DNA of 64,000 bases from Negaprion brevirostris (Eukaryota). Position numbers and translations under genes: made by a program. Positions 11,900 through 25,169 of the stretch are shown in pieces. Positions within the stretch are counted from its first letter, which is position 1. Every line of letters starts with the position of its first letter. Location: assembly GCA_030324005.1 (NCBI GenBank), contig JARDVH010000025.1:56719978-56783977 (forward strand), given 5' to 3'. Under the pieces are notes generated by a model. The model was not told the origin of the DNA. It did not search any database and saw only the letters and a program-made list of their open reading frames with translations.

Positions 11900-12200
11900 T
11901 CATATCCCTCCACAGTTATCATGGAGTTGGGCCAGCTTCTCTATGACTCCTCATTTACATCCCCTCAGAGGAGTCACAAACCACGTTTTGAAACACAAAT
12001 TCAATTGGTCTTATCGCTGGTGCCCATACTGCTCCCATGTCTCCTCAAACTTATTTCACCAGTAATGGCAAGCATTGAGATGCTAAGTAACGTGCATTCA
12101 CAAATGTTCTTGGAAAAATAATTGTTGTTTATTTTCCTACAAGCCATAAATATGTCAATTAGAGACAGCAACTGTGTTCTCAATAACAGGATCTATAACC
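11900..12200 (-). pseudogene. Possible heavily decayed PIF/Harbinger transposase remnant
   Basis: Minus-strand peptide islands VNARY (12087-12101), SDK, KTWFVTPLR (11963-11989) and ITVEGYEML occur in the order and rough spacing of Harbinger VxARxPGS...GDKGYPLxxWLMTPLR...TVExxxGML. Confidence 0.45.
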
Positions 12201-13581
12201 ACTTCACAATTCTTCACCTTTCCCAAATAACCATTCAAACATTGACAAAAGAGATCAATTACTATGACTGCATAAAGATGCCATTCAAGCCAAGTAAACA
12301 CTCCACTTCAGTTGTCAAAACAGAAACTCTCGCTGAGTGAATGCATTTATAAACTGCTCGAGTTCAGCCAAGCATTCATAACTAGGCCACCTGGGAACTT
12401 TTGTTTTGATTTTGTTTACATTTTTNNNNNNNNNNNNNNNNNNNNNNNNNNNNNNNNNNNNNNNNNNNNNNNNNNNNNNNNNNNNNNNNNNNNNNNNNNN
12501 NNNNNNNNNNNNNNNNNNNNNNNNNTTTATTTGCAATCTAATCTTTAGTGCACTCACCTTTGTGTGCCTTTAGTGGTAGTTATTGTCAGTGCAGGTTCAA
12601 TGGGCCAAAGGGCCCATTCTGTGCTGTATGACTCGCAATCTGGATTCACTTCCTGTGTTTTATGAGATCTTGATTGAGCTTTAAAGACTCACAAACGCAT
12701 TAGCACAGCAGAGGGTTTCTGAGGCTGAAGTGGAATTTTTACTTTATTTGATTGATGTCTTCAATATTTTTATGTCGTTATAAGTTATTTTCTCTGTGAC
12801 CTCTTTTGTCAATGTCTATTTCAGCAAGGTTAAGAGGTGTGAAGTGGTTAAAACTACGGTTACTGATAACTATAATTTTCCTGCTTGACTGCCACATTTA
12901 AAGAGTGCAGAAACTGCAGGCTTTTTCAGAGATAATTTTGAATGGGTACTTCTTTTCTCAGAATTTCAACACTTGTCATCTGTATTATTTGGCTTATTGG
13001 TCAATACGTCATGCACACAGGGTGAATGGGCATGTAACGGACATGGAGAATGTGTGGGGGCTGTAAAGATTGAGGGTTCAATTGCTTTTAATGCAACTGG
13101 AGCCAAGTCCCAGAAAGCTGAGGCAGCCTTTCTAACCAGTCTTCCACAGCAATTGCCTAATCTAATGGCCACTCACGATCAGCTTCTGGAGCTGATGGGG
13201 CCAACCCGATCCAAACTCCTTCTCCCCAAAGCAAAAATTGGGCATGACGCAGCATTTTAAACTGAGTGGGTCTGCTGAGTTAGTAAAGTTCCTGCCTTCA
13301 CTGTCTAGACTCCATTCTTGTGCAAGATACCAGATGTCACAAAAACAAGACGGTATCTTGGGGGAGGAAGGCAGAGGATGACGAGCAGTAAGAATTTACA
13401 GCAGTGTATTTTATAATATAATAATTTGAATAGCTTAAAAGAAGCACTGAAAGATGAACAAGAGAATGTACCCTCGAATTTGTCAATGCTAGTTCGTATT
13501 CCACTTTGATAGCAATGTAAACTTAATAGTTACACCTAGCAACTTTATGAAGAGAAAGCAGTTTTATAGCTAGTCTGGTTA

Positions 13582-13677
<96 letters not shown>

Positions 13678-14289
13678 CTACAGAAAAACAGCAATATTAC
13701 AAATACTATTACATCTATGCCAAAAAACCCACAGACCAAACAGAACAGATGCATTTTTATTTAAATGGAAACTTTCAGAAAAGTAGATAAATTGACACTA
13801 AAATCGCAACAAGAATAAATGATCAGAATGGTTGTCTAATTGGCTCCATTTTTAATACACAGTATTAACTACGACCTCTATATCATCTCATGGCGAAGGC
13901 CTGAGTTATATGCTATACTTCAGCACAATCTAGTTGCTAGATGTAAAGCAATAGTGGCTGCTAACATGCCCAAGCATCCTTTTGCAGGATTCTAGATGAC
14001 AGAATCAGTGAACAGAAGTCAAAGCTAGAAAAAGCACTTTTTGTGAACAAAACATTATGTAGATGCTACTTAGCAGCCACAACTCATTAAAATTCTGCAT
14101 CTTCAATCTGAATTAGAACGAGAGAATTGCAGGATGAGAAAAGACAAATTGCTTGCTTCCAGCATCAGTGTTGCATACAACAGTTGAATCTTCAGCTTTT
14201 CCACATTTATTTATTGTGATGGTTCATATGTTGGTAATTCAAATAAGATTGGTACATTGGGGTGAGATATTTGTCTCAGATTGAGTAGA

Positions 14290-14555
14290 GTGTGTTAGGC
14301 TTCTGAAATTTAGATGCGAGATGATATTTTTGAAACTCGTAAGAAGTTTTGACAGGGTAGATGCGGAGAGATTGTTTCTCTTCTCTGGAGGCCCTAGGAC
14401 CAAGGGCTGATCAACTCGGACTGAGATGAGGAGGAATTTCATCATTCAGAGGATTGTGAATCTTTGAAATATACTAAAGGCTGAGATCGATAGATTTTAG
14501 ACCAAGGAAGTCAAGGTAAATGGGGGTCATATGACAAAGTGGAGCTGAGGTCAAA
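14290..14555 (+). mobile_element. CR1 3' fragment
   Basis: FDRVDAERLF and EMRRNF.IQRIVNL remnants. Confidence 0.75.
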
Positions 14556-14559
14556 AACC

Positions 14560-14765
14560 AGCCACAGAACCCTAAAATGCTGGAAGCCACTCGGCCCATC
14601 AAATCTGCACCCCCTCTCTGAAAGAACATTTTACACAGACCCAACTCTCCCCCTGCCCTATCTACATAACCCTGCACATTTACCATGGCTAATCCACCTA
14701 ATTAACACACCTTTGGACACAAAGGGCAATTTACCAGGGCGAAATCACACCACTGTACCACCCCA
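14560..14765 (-). mobile_element. Degenerate, internally deleted V-SINE
   Basis: Reverse complement of the V-SINE tail (GGTGCAGATTTGATGGGCCGAGTGGC) and body. Confidence 0.6.
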
Positions 14766-15329
14766 CTGTTCCTATTTCTTAAGCTCTTAATATTAGATTG
14801 CAATATTTAATATGGCACATGAATTGCATTTCTAGATTAGACAGCACAAACTCCATTTGCTTGAGGGAAATTGGTGCATATTTTTTGAAATCTAAGTAAT
14901 TCACACAAATATTCACTTATGCAGCATCCACCTGTAGATTGTGTAGCTCCTGGTTAGCCATTTAAAGATACATTAACCTCCAATCTTTAAAGTCTTGAAC
15001 CAAAACTGTCTGGTTGGTATGTTCACTTGCTCCAGCTCAGAGACAGATAATAAAGAGCTGCAAGCCAACTAATAATATGGCTCAGATTTTCTTGTCTCCA
15101 GTTTGTTGGAGGTTGGGTGTGCCCTACAAGGTGTGTTACAGGACCACCCTTTACAAATTCCAATGCATTGACTTCATGGGAATTAGCCAGGAAGTATAAA
15201 CCTCTCCAGAATTCCTGAAAAAGTCTTCAGCTCTGAGTTGAAGGTTATGACTTACTTAGCTGAGTAGTTACCCAGGAAATGTTAGATATAAAAATCCTAG
15301 TCTCATTCCTGGGTAATGATACAACTGAG

Positions 15330-15640
15330 TCACCCTGACTTTCCCTGTCCCAACCTGACCAGCTCCACCATCCATCTCTGTTCCAATCCACTGAACCTCA
15401 ACTTGACCTGACTAGTCCCCACATCTCACTCCCCCACCTGTTCTCCGACCTGACTTGACCAGTCCCGATCACCCAACTCCACCCGGCCCCTGACCAGACC
15501 TTTCCAGCCCCAACACCTGACTGGCTCCCACCAACTCACCCGTCTGATCTGACCTTCCCTTTCTGCCCAGCTGCCACCTTCTTACCTCACTCACCCTACC
15601 CACTTATACACTTACTCCACCCAATTCACAACACTTACAC
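15330..15640. repeat. C-rich degenerate CCTGAC-type low-complexity tract
   Basis: Repeated ctgac/cctgacc/ccaactc units, probably internal to a larger unclassified repeat (about 15080-15850). Confidence 0.7.
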
Positions 15641-17430
15641 AGTGTAAATCTGTCTGTGTCCCAAAACTTTTCAGTTTGTTAGTGAATGCTTACCAGAATA
15701 CAGCAGCAAGTGCCATAAAAAAGACTTCTGCAGAGATTCCCTTCGCGGACATCCCTTAGGTTCCCTGCACTGACTGAGTTCTACAGGATCCTCTGCCAGA
15801 AAATAGGCAAATAAATAAGTGGGTACTTTTTTGGCTGATCAGGTTTGGACCCATTAGTTACAATGCTCGTGGTGATCTTCACAAGCTCGACCAATTCCAT
15901 GTTCTAACCAAATTTTCATTGAAAATCTATATTTACAGATATCAAGAATATCAGTTCAAGAAGTCTAATGTAACTCGCATCAAAGTGAGCTGCTTCTGAT
16001 GTTAAAGTATGGAGCAGCTTTTATTTCTACACTAGTTACAAGTATAAATTTTAATGCAGAACCAGAACTCTTAGTTTAAACGTGTCCAGAGCAGCTCAAT
16101 TTTCTCCCTATTTTCCCTTGTTTCAGAGTATATTTTTCACCTATTTCCGTTTTTGTGTGGAGTCTTCATTGCGCTTTGTAACATTTTCAAATATACAATG
16201 AGTATGTTTACTTTTTCCTTAAACAACTGCATTTTGGAGAAGAAAATGCATGCTGTTTCCAACAATATACAGACACACAACCATTTTGAAAGATAAAGCA
16301 AGATTATTTTTCTAAACAAGACACATGGCTTTGATTCTACAAAAGAACTACAAATCTCAGGAGAGAAACAGGAATATATTACTGGTACTAGATATATAAA
16401 GCAAAAGCAGGGCACACTGATCTTGCATTTCTCAGAACACTCCATCATAACCCTTCTAAACGAACATATGCTGGAGATGTTCCAAGTAATTTCTTGAATT
16501 TGGAAATGATTGGTGATGGCACAGATTGGCTTAGAATAGATGCACCTTGCTCTGACCTCTCTCGCTCACATGGGAAATGCAAACTTGAAACTACTGGTGA
16601 AATATTCATCAACAAGATTTGCTTTTAGCTCCACTGCTGCAGTTATGCAGACTGTAATCACCTGGTACAGTAAATGGAAATCAAGATGCGTAACAACAGA
16701 AATTACTTGTTAATATGATATTTCCATTATATGTTTTATTAATCAAAATAAACTATTGCTTCATAAACTGCTGCTTCACAATTAGTCTGATTCACAAATA
16801 TTGACCGCAGATTCACAGAATTTAAAAAAAATTACCAAGATAAAACTGATCAACAATATGTGAAATCACTCTCTACAAAAGCATCATTTTAGGAGAAAGG
16901 TGCCCAGTTGAGAAATCCAATAATTTAATTATGTGAGTGAATGGAGACAGACAAATGAAATGCATTGTGCTTCTAATATTAAATGCAATGTCTGATTGAT
17001 ACTCTTCAAAATTAAAATATATAAAGATCCCTTTCCTTTGTATGTCATTTTAATTGATATTTTACCCAGAAAATGATTGGGAGGAAACTGCATGACAGCA
17101 GATACCAAACTATACCCTGATAACTAGATTATTATGAGTAGAGATTAGTTATGAATGAATGGGGGTTACAGAAATAATTTAATCTCAATTGCGTATTAAA
17201 ATTCAGCTCTCTGCTGTCATGTTTTTCTTCAACCTTTCACAGGGCTCAGGAGCACGTAACCTTTCGACAACATTTTGCCAAAACAATAGAAATGAGGGAG
17301 AAAAAAAGAATGTGAAATGTTTTAAGTTTAAGTTGTAGTCTATTTCAAAATATAAAATCAATCTCCCACAATACTGGTTATGATGAACTGGATATGCTGT
17401 TATATTGGCATCTGTTCAGCTCCCACCAAG

Positions 17431-17745
17431 GGGTAACATGGCGGCACAATGGTTAGTACTGCTGCCTCATAGAGCTGGGACCTAGGTTTGATTTCAACCT
17501 CGGTCACTGGTGTGGAGTTTGCACGTTCTCCCTGTATCTGCATGGGTTTCCTCTGGGTATTCCAGTTTTCTCCCACAGTCCAAAGATGTGCGGGTTAGGT
17601 TGATTGGCCAGACTAAAATTACCCTTAGTGTCAGAGGGATTAGCAGGGTAAATGTATGGGTTATGGGATTAGGGCCTGTAGGATTGTGACTAATACATAC
17701 TCGAGTGGCCGAAATGCCTCCTTCTGTACCGTAGGGATTCTATGA
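17431..17745 (+). mobile_element. Full-length HE1-type V-SINE with CR1-derived tail
   Basis: tRNA-like head (box A TGGCGGCACAATGG, degenerate box B GGTTTGATTTC), V-domain and a tail ending GGGATTCTATGA. Confidence 0.92.
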
Positions 17746-17879
17746 CCAACAATCTTTTCTCCCCTTCCAACTGATTGCTATCCCTCCACCTCATCTCATG
17801 GGACTTTGGAGACCAAGTAGATTTCTCCTATTTTCACTTGCTAACAGATCAATCTCTCTCCTTCGTCCTTTTTAACAAC

Positions 17880-18080
17880 TAATTATTCCTGGCTTCCACC
17901 CTATCACAAATCGTCTTTCATTTGTTCTACCACCCTTCCCCTTCCCTTGTATTTGTTCAGGATTAAAACTTGGTACATCTCCCAACAAGAAGTCACCAAC
18001 TCAAAATGTTAACTGTTTCCTTCTCCACAGATGCTGCCTGACCAGTTGGATATTGAAGGCATTTTCTATTTTTATTTTAA
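17880..18080 (+). mobile_element. Penelope-like terminal repeat remnant
   Basis: CTCCACAGATGCTGCCTGACC...CATTTTCTATTTTTATTT motif. Related copies at about 23325-23420 (-), 54345-54480 (+) and 59845-59965 (-). Confidence 0.6.
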
Positions 18081-18089
18081 ATTAAAAAT

Positions 18090-18935
18090 ACAATTTTGAA
18101 GAGCAGGCAGCAACAGAGAGACTTGGGGTATCGGGACACAAATCTCTGAAGGTGGCAGTACAATACGCATGCTAGTTCCTTGGCTTTATAAAAAAAGCAT
18201 TAATGCAAAAGCATAGCTGCAAAACATTTATGAAATATTGCTTCAACTGCAGTTCAGAGCATTGTTTCCAATTCTGGGAACTGTACTTTAACGAAGGTGT
18301 CAAGGCCTTACAGGACAAAGGAGAGATTTAACTGGAATGGCACCAAGGTGTGGGATTTCAGTAATGAGAGGAGACTAGAGAAATTGGGAGTTGTTCTCCT
18401 TACCGTCGGAAGGTTGCACAGAGATTTAATAGAGATGTCCAAAATCATTAAATATTTTTGATAAGGTAAATAAAGAGGTCCATTTCCCGTGGCACCAGTG
18501 CCTATAACCAGAGGATACAGGTTTAACTGGCAAAACAAATACAGGCAGAGATCATAGAATGGTTACAGAAAAGGACGTGGCCATTTGGTCCATTATTGTT
18601 CATGCTGGCTCTTTCCAAGAGCAACACATCTAGTCCCACTCCCCTGCAAATGTTTTCCTTCCCTTCAGATAATCATTCAACTCTCTTTGGAAAGCATTGA
18701 TTCAATCTGCCTCTACTCAGTTTTTTCAGTCAATGTATTTCAGATCCCAACCATTTGCTACACAAAAAAATTTTCCCTCACATTGCCATTGCTTCTTCAG
18801 CCAATTACCAGCAATTGGTGTCCCTTGGTTCATGACCTTTTCATCAATGGGAACAGTTTCTCCCCATCTGCCCTGTCCAAACCCTTCATGATTTTTAAAC
18901 ACCTCTATCAAATTTCCATAATAGCCTTCTCTTCC
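18090..18935. mobile_element. Two opposed CR1 3' fragments (+ 18090-18545, - 18550-18935)
   Basis: RLEKLGVVL...DLIEMSKII on +. MIEVFK remnant and CR1 tail on -. Confidence 0.8.
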
Positions 18936-18984
18936 CTGAAGTCTTAAACCACAATTTCAAGTTGTGTAATCAATTTCTCCAACA

Positions 18985-19612
18985 AATAGACATACAATCA
19001 TACCTAGGGGTTCACCTTAAAAAAAACTCCTCAATGGGGATTCTTCATTTAGCAGATAACATCCAAAGCAAATAGGGTTCTGAATTTTCAGAGGAGGATT
19101 CTTTTGAATTGCAACAAAAAATCAGAGTTATGGCTTACCAAACTGTGATAACCCCCCATGAAGCCCATGGAGAAATCATCAATTGGTCTCTCTGTGGGGC
19201 TCGTTGAGTTTGAGTTCTCACTCGGAGATGAACCAGTGATTCCCCATGGGAGTTATCACATTGTCCAAACCGGAGTTGTCTGTGGGTTCTTGATATAAAT
19301 CAAATTAAAACAATTTAAAGACATGTGGCATGATTCTGCATAAATCAGTATGGCGAACAACCCAGTGTCACCTCCTTAATCAAAGACGTTGAATGTAATT
19401 CACTACAGCAAATGACAGAGAAAGACAGACTGACCATGATCTATAAAATGTGGAATGGACTAGTGGAGTTCATAGAAACAAGTATTTGATGCCCTCCGGC
19501 AATGACAAAACAAAAGCTAGCCTTCCATATTAAACTAAACACCATTTGCTTTCAAGACAGTTTATTACCACTCTCTCTTCCCAAAAACAATCCCATAATG
19601 GAACGAGCTAAC
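18985..19612 (+). mobile_element. Decayed LINE ORF2 C-terminus of an atypical CR1-group lineage
   Basis: SYLGVHL, ITSKANRVLNFQRR, MAYQ, PSVTSLIKDVECNSLQQ...RLTMIYKMWNGLV and LFPKTIP*WNEL. Confidence 0.75.
19144..19260. mobile_element. Small TG...CA insertion with inverted ends (deleted solo LTR or MITE)
   Basis: Starts TGTGATAACCCCCCATG and ends CATGGGAGTTATCACA, which are near-perfect inverted termini. It interrupts the LINE right after MAYQ. Confidence 0.6.
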
Positions 19613-19789
19613 AAAGGATACAGTCACAGCCCCATCTCTTGAAACCATCAAGTGCTATCTTTTGATTACTTAAATTTTCATTATCAGAACTGCCATTCCA
19701 GCAGTCTGGTTTAACCAACGTTACCCATATTAAAATTGGCAGATTATGGATATTAGTCTGTGATGCCAATACAGCTAAAGCAGAAGCTT

Positions 19790-20735
19790 CCCCAATCAAT
19801 CCATATAATTGAGGTTGCTCATCCCTGGAACCATTCTTGAGATTCATTTCTGCGCTCTCTCAAATGTCTTCACATTCTTCTAAAATGTAGTGGCCAGAAC
19901 TAGATATAGTACTTCAATTGGCAGTGCTTGTAGAGTCCCTGCTTTTGTATTCTATGCCCCTACATATAAAGCCTAGGATCCTGTATGTTGCATTAAACGC
20001 TTTCTCAACTTGCCTCTGCCAACTGAATAACTTACACACATAATCCCACAGGTTGCTGTGCTCCTGCATCTCTTTAAAACTTTACCCTTTAGTTTATGTT
20101 ATTTCTCATCATTATTCCCTGCAAACTGAATTGTCATCAAATTGAATCATCTCATGCTTCACTTTACTAAACGTCATTTGCCACTTGTTCACCCAATCCA
20201 CCAGTCATCTATATTCTATTGAAATCTATCACTATCATCCTCACAGTTCCAAGCTTTGTGTCATCCTCAAATTTTAAAATTGATACCTGTAACTTCAAAT
20301 CTAGGTAATTGGGGGAAATAACTTGTTCCAACGCAGACTCCTGTGGAACATCACAATAAATGTTTCTCTAGTCCAAAAAAAAATCCCCACTAAATGTTTT
20401 CTGGCACTCAGTCACTTCTGCATCCATGCTGCGACTGACTCTTTTTGTTTTATGTGTTTTTGTGACTTTCCTGGCAAGACTGCTTTATCAAAAGCCTTCT
20501 GGAGTTTATATACATCACATCAACAGTATTACCTTCACCGATACCTCACTGAAAAAAATAAGTTTGTTAAATATGAGTTGTCCTTAACTGTGCTAATCTG
20601 TGCTGGCTTTCCTTAATTAAACCATATCTGACCAACTGACTATTAAGTCGTAACCAAGCTATTGTTTCAAAACACTTTCCTGCCAGCAAGATTGAAGCGA
20701 ATGGCCTGTAGTTGCTGGGCTTGTCATTACACCCT
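19790..20735 (-). mobile_element. Decayed CR1 RT region
   Basis: KPSNYRPFASILLAGKCFETI...GLIKESQH and RLxQLGLY-like remnants. Confidence 0.8.
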
Positions 20736-21753
20736 TCATGGTCCAAAGAGGAAGTGGGGAAGGTTACCCTCACAGGCCCAATGGATCATTTGGTGGGGGT
20801 AGCCACAGGTCCACTTGCTTACCAAAATTTTAATTTTCAAATATCTGGCCATGGGCACCTCCATTTTGTGGTGCTGCCGAGGTTTCCTATCTACCTCAGC
20901 AGTGCTCACCTCTCCAAGAGTAATATTCATCTATTTTTGTCTGCATTATTTTAATGATAATCTTTTATACCATCCCATTGTTTCCATTTAGCATTTGGCA
21001 GGTCATTTTGTGTATTAATCCTGGGATTGATATCTGTAGGCATTCTTCCTTTAGTCTGTTTTTCTAACTGTGCTAAATTTTCTGATAAAAATGTAACTAT
21101 CCACATGAAAAGCATAATTATTCTACTTTACATAGCTCAAAACATTGGCAGTTCTACAACGTGTGTATTGTTTTTTGTCACATTTGGTGCTGATTGCATT
21201 TGTGCAGGAAACCATTGAGTTACTGAAAATATTGAACTCAGGAAGTATTGCATAAGCAGTGGTGGAGATGAAAACCACAGAATGGAAACAGGATGGGATT
21301 GATCAGTTGCATTCAGTGCATCCATTGTTTATCCACACTTTTTCTCAGAAATGCAAGATACTCAGCCAAGCAGTTTATTTGAAAAATACAAACACAAGCT
21401 TCTGGGCTGAAATCTCCTCTTTGGGATGGAACACTAGTGGGGCAGGACTTCCACAGACCCTGCTAATGCAGCCTGGGCCTATTTCCTGGGTCAGGAGTGA
21501 TTTCTGACGCATCCCAGGCTGCCGGTCAGATTCTCACTGCCCAAAGGAAGGTTGCTCATGTCCACCCACAAAATGCCAGCAGAGTTACAGTCAAACCGCT
21601 GTGATAGAACTCCAAAAAAGACTGACATTTAAAAAGATTGACAATTGACCATTNNNNNNNNNNNNNNNNNNNNNNNNNNNNNNNNNNNNNNNNNNNNNNN
21701 NNNNNNNNNNNNNNNNNNNNNNNNNNNNNNNNNNNNNNNNNNNNNNNNNNNNN

Positions 21754-21815
21754 AATTGAACCCGGGTCCCTGGTGCTGTGAGGCAGCAGTGCTAACCACT
21801 GTGCCACCATGCCGC
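21754..21815 (-). mobile_element. V-SINE tRNA-derived head (remainder in gap)
   Basis: Reverse complement GCGGCATGGTGGCACAGTGGTTAGCACTGCTGCCTCACAGCACCAGGGACCCGGGTTCAATT. Confidence 0.9.
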
Positions 21816-22479
21816 TCTCTATCTGAGTCATTTTAGGAAGTAACAGTCTAAAATGGAGATGAATAGCTCCTGGGTGTAATGGATATCCTCAAGCCTTTGA
21901 TAAAGTTTGATTGAAGACTCTGGATATCTTAAGTAAAGCTCAATTGGGAATAAGGAACTGAGTAGAAAGGAAAAGGGCCAGATGATAGTGAGGGGAAGGT
22001 CAATGAATTGAAGAAATCCCATGGATCAAGTGCTGATTGATTGGTGCTAGGTCTCTCTTTCCTCGGGTTTACATGGGTTCATAAACATTGAAAATGCTCT
22101 CGGCTGGTATTAAATTAGAAAAGCAGATAAGATTGATGAAGTAGTCAAGTAACTGCAGATGGGCTTCATTTACAAACACGCGGAATTATGACCGATATTT
22201 GAGGCTGTGGTGTTAGGTTGGATACAACATTTAACGTGGCACAGTTCTCATCATCGAATTACAGGAGCAAGACAAAAATGTGGAACCAATACAAAGAAAA
22301 ACCACAAATGTGAGGCAGTGCGTCAGAAGACTGGGATTATGAGGAAAGGATAGAAAAATACAGATTCTTCAACCTCTTAAGAGATGGATAAGATTCTTTA
22401 TAAAGCCTCTCATCAATCTGTCATAATTGACTGTATTTGTAATTTATTTGACCTACTTGCTTACTTCATTGTCTTGATT

Positions 22480-22880
22480 GCTCACCAAACTTACTGATTT
22501 AAGACCTGAGCAAAAACGCAGAGTTTCTGGACAGCTCATGGTACAGGGGTAGCATACGAGCTAGGAGAGAAGATTGGTTAGCTGGCAGAAAACAGAGTAT
22601 GCATAGATTGGTCTTTTTCTAATCTGCAGGATGTAACGAGTGGAGTCCTGCAGGGGTTTGTGCTGGAGCCTCAACTTCTTACATTTTATACCAATGCGTT
22701 GGAAGAGAGGAACATAGGGCTTTTAGTTAAATTTGCAGATGACCCAAAGGTAGGGAGGAAAGTATTTCATTAAGAGGACATAGGGAGGATGCAAATGGAT
22801 ATAGAGGGGTCGAGTATGTGAGAAAAAATCCAGCAGATTGAGTATAATGTGGGAAAATGTGAAGTTTGGCGGAAATGACA
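22480..22880 (+). mobile_element. CR1 RT fragment
   Basis: VTSGVLQGFVLEPQLLTFY and VKFADDPKVGR. Confidence 0.8.
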
Positions 22881-24209
22881 GAAGATAATCTGGTAAAAAT
22901 GGAGGCTGGTGGAACGGAAAGCACGATAGAAATGTCTGTCTGATGGCGAGAAAAAAAGTCAATAATCCAGGGAGTTGAGGGACTCTGAGTTTGTAACAAA
23001 CATCTGTTCACGTTCCTTAGTGCCAAGGGTAGATTAAGAGGAAAAAAAGCTAGCTAAATCATTACAATTTAGTGATGGCATATCAAAAATCAGAAGAAGA
23101 AAATCTATTGAAAAAGGCCAAAATGTCAGCTCAGCTTCTCCCGAAATCCTATTTGCCGCAAGCTGTGCTTTGAGCGAAAGAAGAAACTGTGTTCACTACA
23201 CTCAAAAAAAAACTTCAGCAATAGATGAGGGAATAACATTTTTCAAACCTACGAGCATTAGTTGGGATATTCCTTCTGGCTACAAGAATTAGAAAATTAA
23301 AAACTGGATTCCAGTTCTTAATTAAAATAAAAACAGAAAATGCTGGAAAGATACAACAGGTCAGGCACATCAGTGGAGAGAGAAACAGAGTTAATGTTTG
23401 AGTCTGTATGACTCTAATCAAAATATTTGATTCCAAGTTACTTAATTTCCCTGTTTCCCCTAACAATAACCATATCCATGGTTATGCTATCTTTAAATAA
23501 TTCATCAGAATAAAATGCAGTTTGGATCACTAGACTTAAATAGCTGCAGAATATTGTACGGTACATTCATCATGCTTTTGCCATTGTTATTAAGCACTGC
23601 TGCAATTGAACTGATCCCAATCTCCAGGAGTAAGTACTCTTAGCACTGACACACTCAAACTTAGATCCAATAATCAACAATGCAATTGCGTATTCAAGTG
23701 GTGTAATCGTTTTAGTATAGGATTTCTCTCTGGAAATAGAATTAATTCTATCCCTGGCGCAACATGGGGCAGGACTGTCTGGAGAGGGACGACTAACAAA
23801 TACATTACATCCGATTAGCAGTTTGAGAACAATACCATAAATCTGCTAAATGCTATGATCAGATCTCAAAGGCATTGTTACAATTTCCGAAGTGCATATT
23901 TTTATTCAGGAACTGTAGGGAGTAAAGTATGGCCTAAAAATTGAATGGTAGATCACCTATTTTTCAGGTGACACAGCAGCCTTCCCAGATGGTCAAGAAT
24001 TGAGCCCTCGTTATGAGCTGGTAGGTTATCAGCCATTATATTATGAAAGCTCAAAAAGAATCAACGTGCAGTGTCCATGCCTGAAACTATTCTCAGATTC
24101 AAAATTAGGAATCTAATGTGAGTGCTGCAAGCAGCAGTAGAAAGGAAGACCAGACCAACATACTTCAGCCAGGTAGTTATCCAAGTTGTTTATGTCTTGA
24201 AAGTATACA

Positions 24210-24520
24210 TCTGATTTGATTTATTATTGTCTCATGTGTTGGGATACAGTGAGAAGTATTGCTTCTTTTGCGCTATAATAGCATACCGTACATAGAGAAG
24301 GAAAGGAGAGGTTGCAGAATGTAGTGTTACAATTACAGACAGGGTGAAGAAAAAGATCAGNNNNNNNNNNNNNNNNNNNNNNNNNNNNNNNNNNNNNNNN
24401 NNNNNNNNNNNNNNNNNNNNNNNNNNNNNNNNNNNNNNNNNNNNNNNNNNNNNNNNNNNNCTTAATATATGGTGGGTCCATTCAAAAGTCTGAAGGTAGC
24501 AGGGAAGAAGCTGCTATATA
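24210..24520 (-). mobile_element. Rex1/Babar-like LINE 3' end (gapped)
   Basis: SSFFPATFRLLNG, the same 3' UTR as 3030-3310 and the same (AAATC)n tail. Confidence 0.85.
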
Positions 24521-24704
24521 CATGTGAATGTGGAGCCAGGAGGGGGAGGAATCTTTCTAACCCCCACCTCCCCCACACATAAAACTTCCCTATACACCAC
24601 TCCTCCCTTCTCCAGTCACTGCCACCTGCCAACCAGACCATGCATAACTCCTTGCTCACCTTAGTGCAGACCTTCAATTACAATTCAAAGGCAAATTGCA
24701 TTTA

Positions 24705-25130
24705 TCCTCTGCATTCATATGATGCCTTTCACGACCTTGTGATGTTCCAAAATGTTTTGACAGCCAAATGAAGTATTTTTGAAGTGTAATTACTTCCACA
24801 ATGTGAGGAATGTGCCAATTTGCACACATCAAGGTCTCACAAACAAGATGAATATGGCTAAATAATCTGTTATTTGTCTTATTAATTGTGTAAATATTGG
24901 CCAGAACACCAGGGAGAACTCCAATGCTCTTCTTCAAAGTAATGTCACAGGATCTTTTATGTGCGCTGAGATGGCAGACAGGTCCTCCTCACCTTAACAT
25001 CTCATCTGATGGGCAGCACTTCCACTCAGTGCCAGATTTTTGTGCTTAGGCCCTGGAGTAATCCTGCAGTGGAACTTGAATCCACAACATCCTGCTTCAG
25101 AAGTGAGAGTACAATCAGCTGAACCAATGT
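24705..25130 (-). mobile_element. Deu-domain SINE (SacSINE1-like)
   Basis: Reverse complement contains AAAAGATCCTGTGACATTACTTTGAAGAAGAGC...GGAGTTCTCCCTGGTGTTCTGGCCAATATTTA and an L2-like tail GTCGTGAAAGGCATCATATGAATGC. Confidence 0.8.
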
Positions 25131-25169
25131 AACTCACTCCTCCCTTGATGGTGAGTGCAAATCACTCCA

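Noticed and set aside
11663-12121. 152-aa + strand ORF
   Set aside because: No recognisable domain. Better explained as chance or as antisense to a transposase remnant.
17431-17510. tRNA-like sequences here and at other SINE heads
   Set aside because: They run straight into SINE bodies, so they are not tRNA genes.
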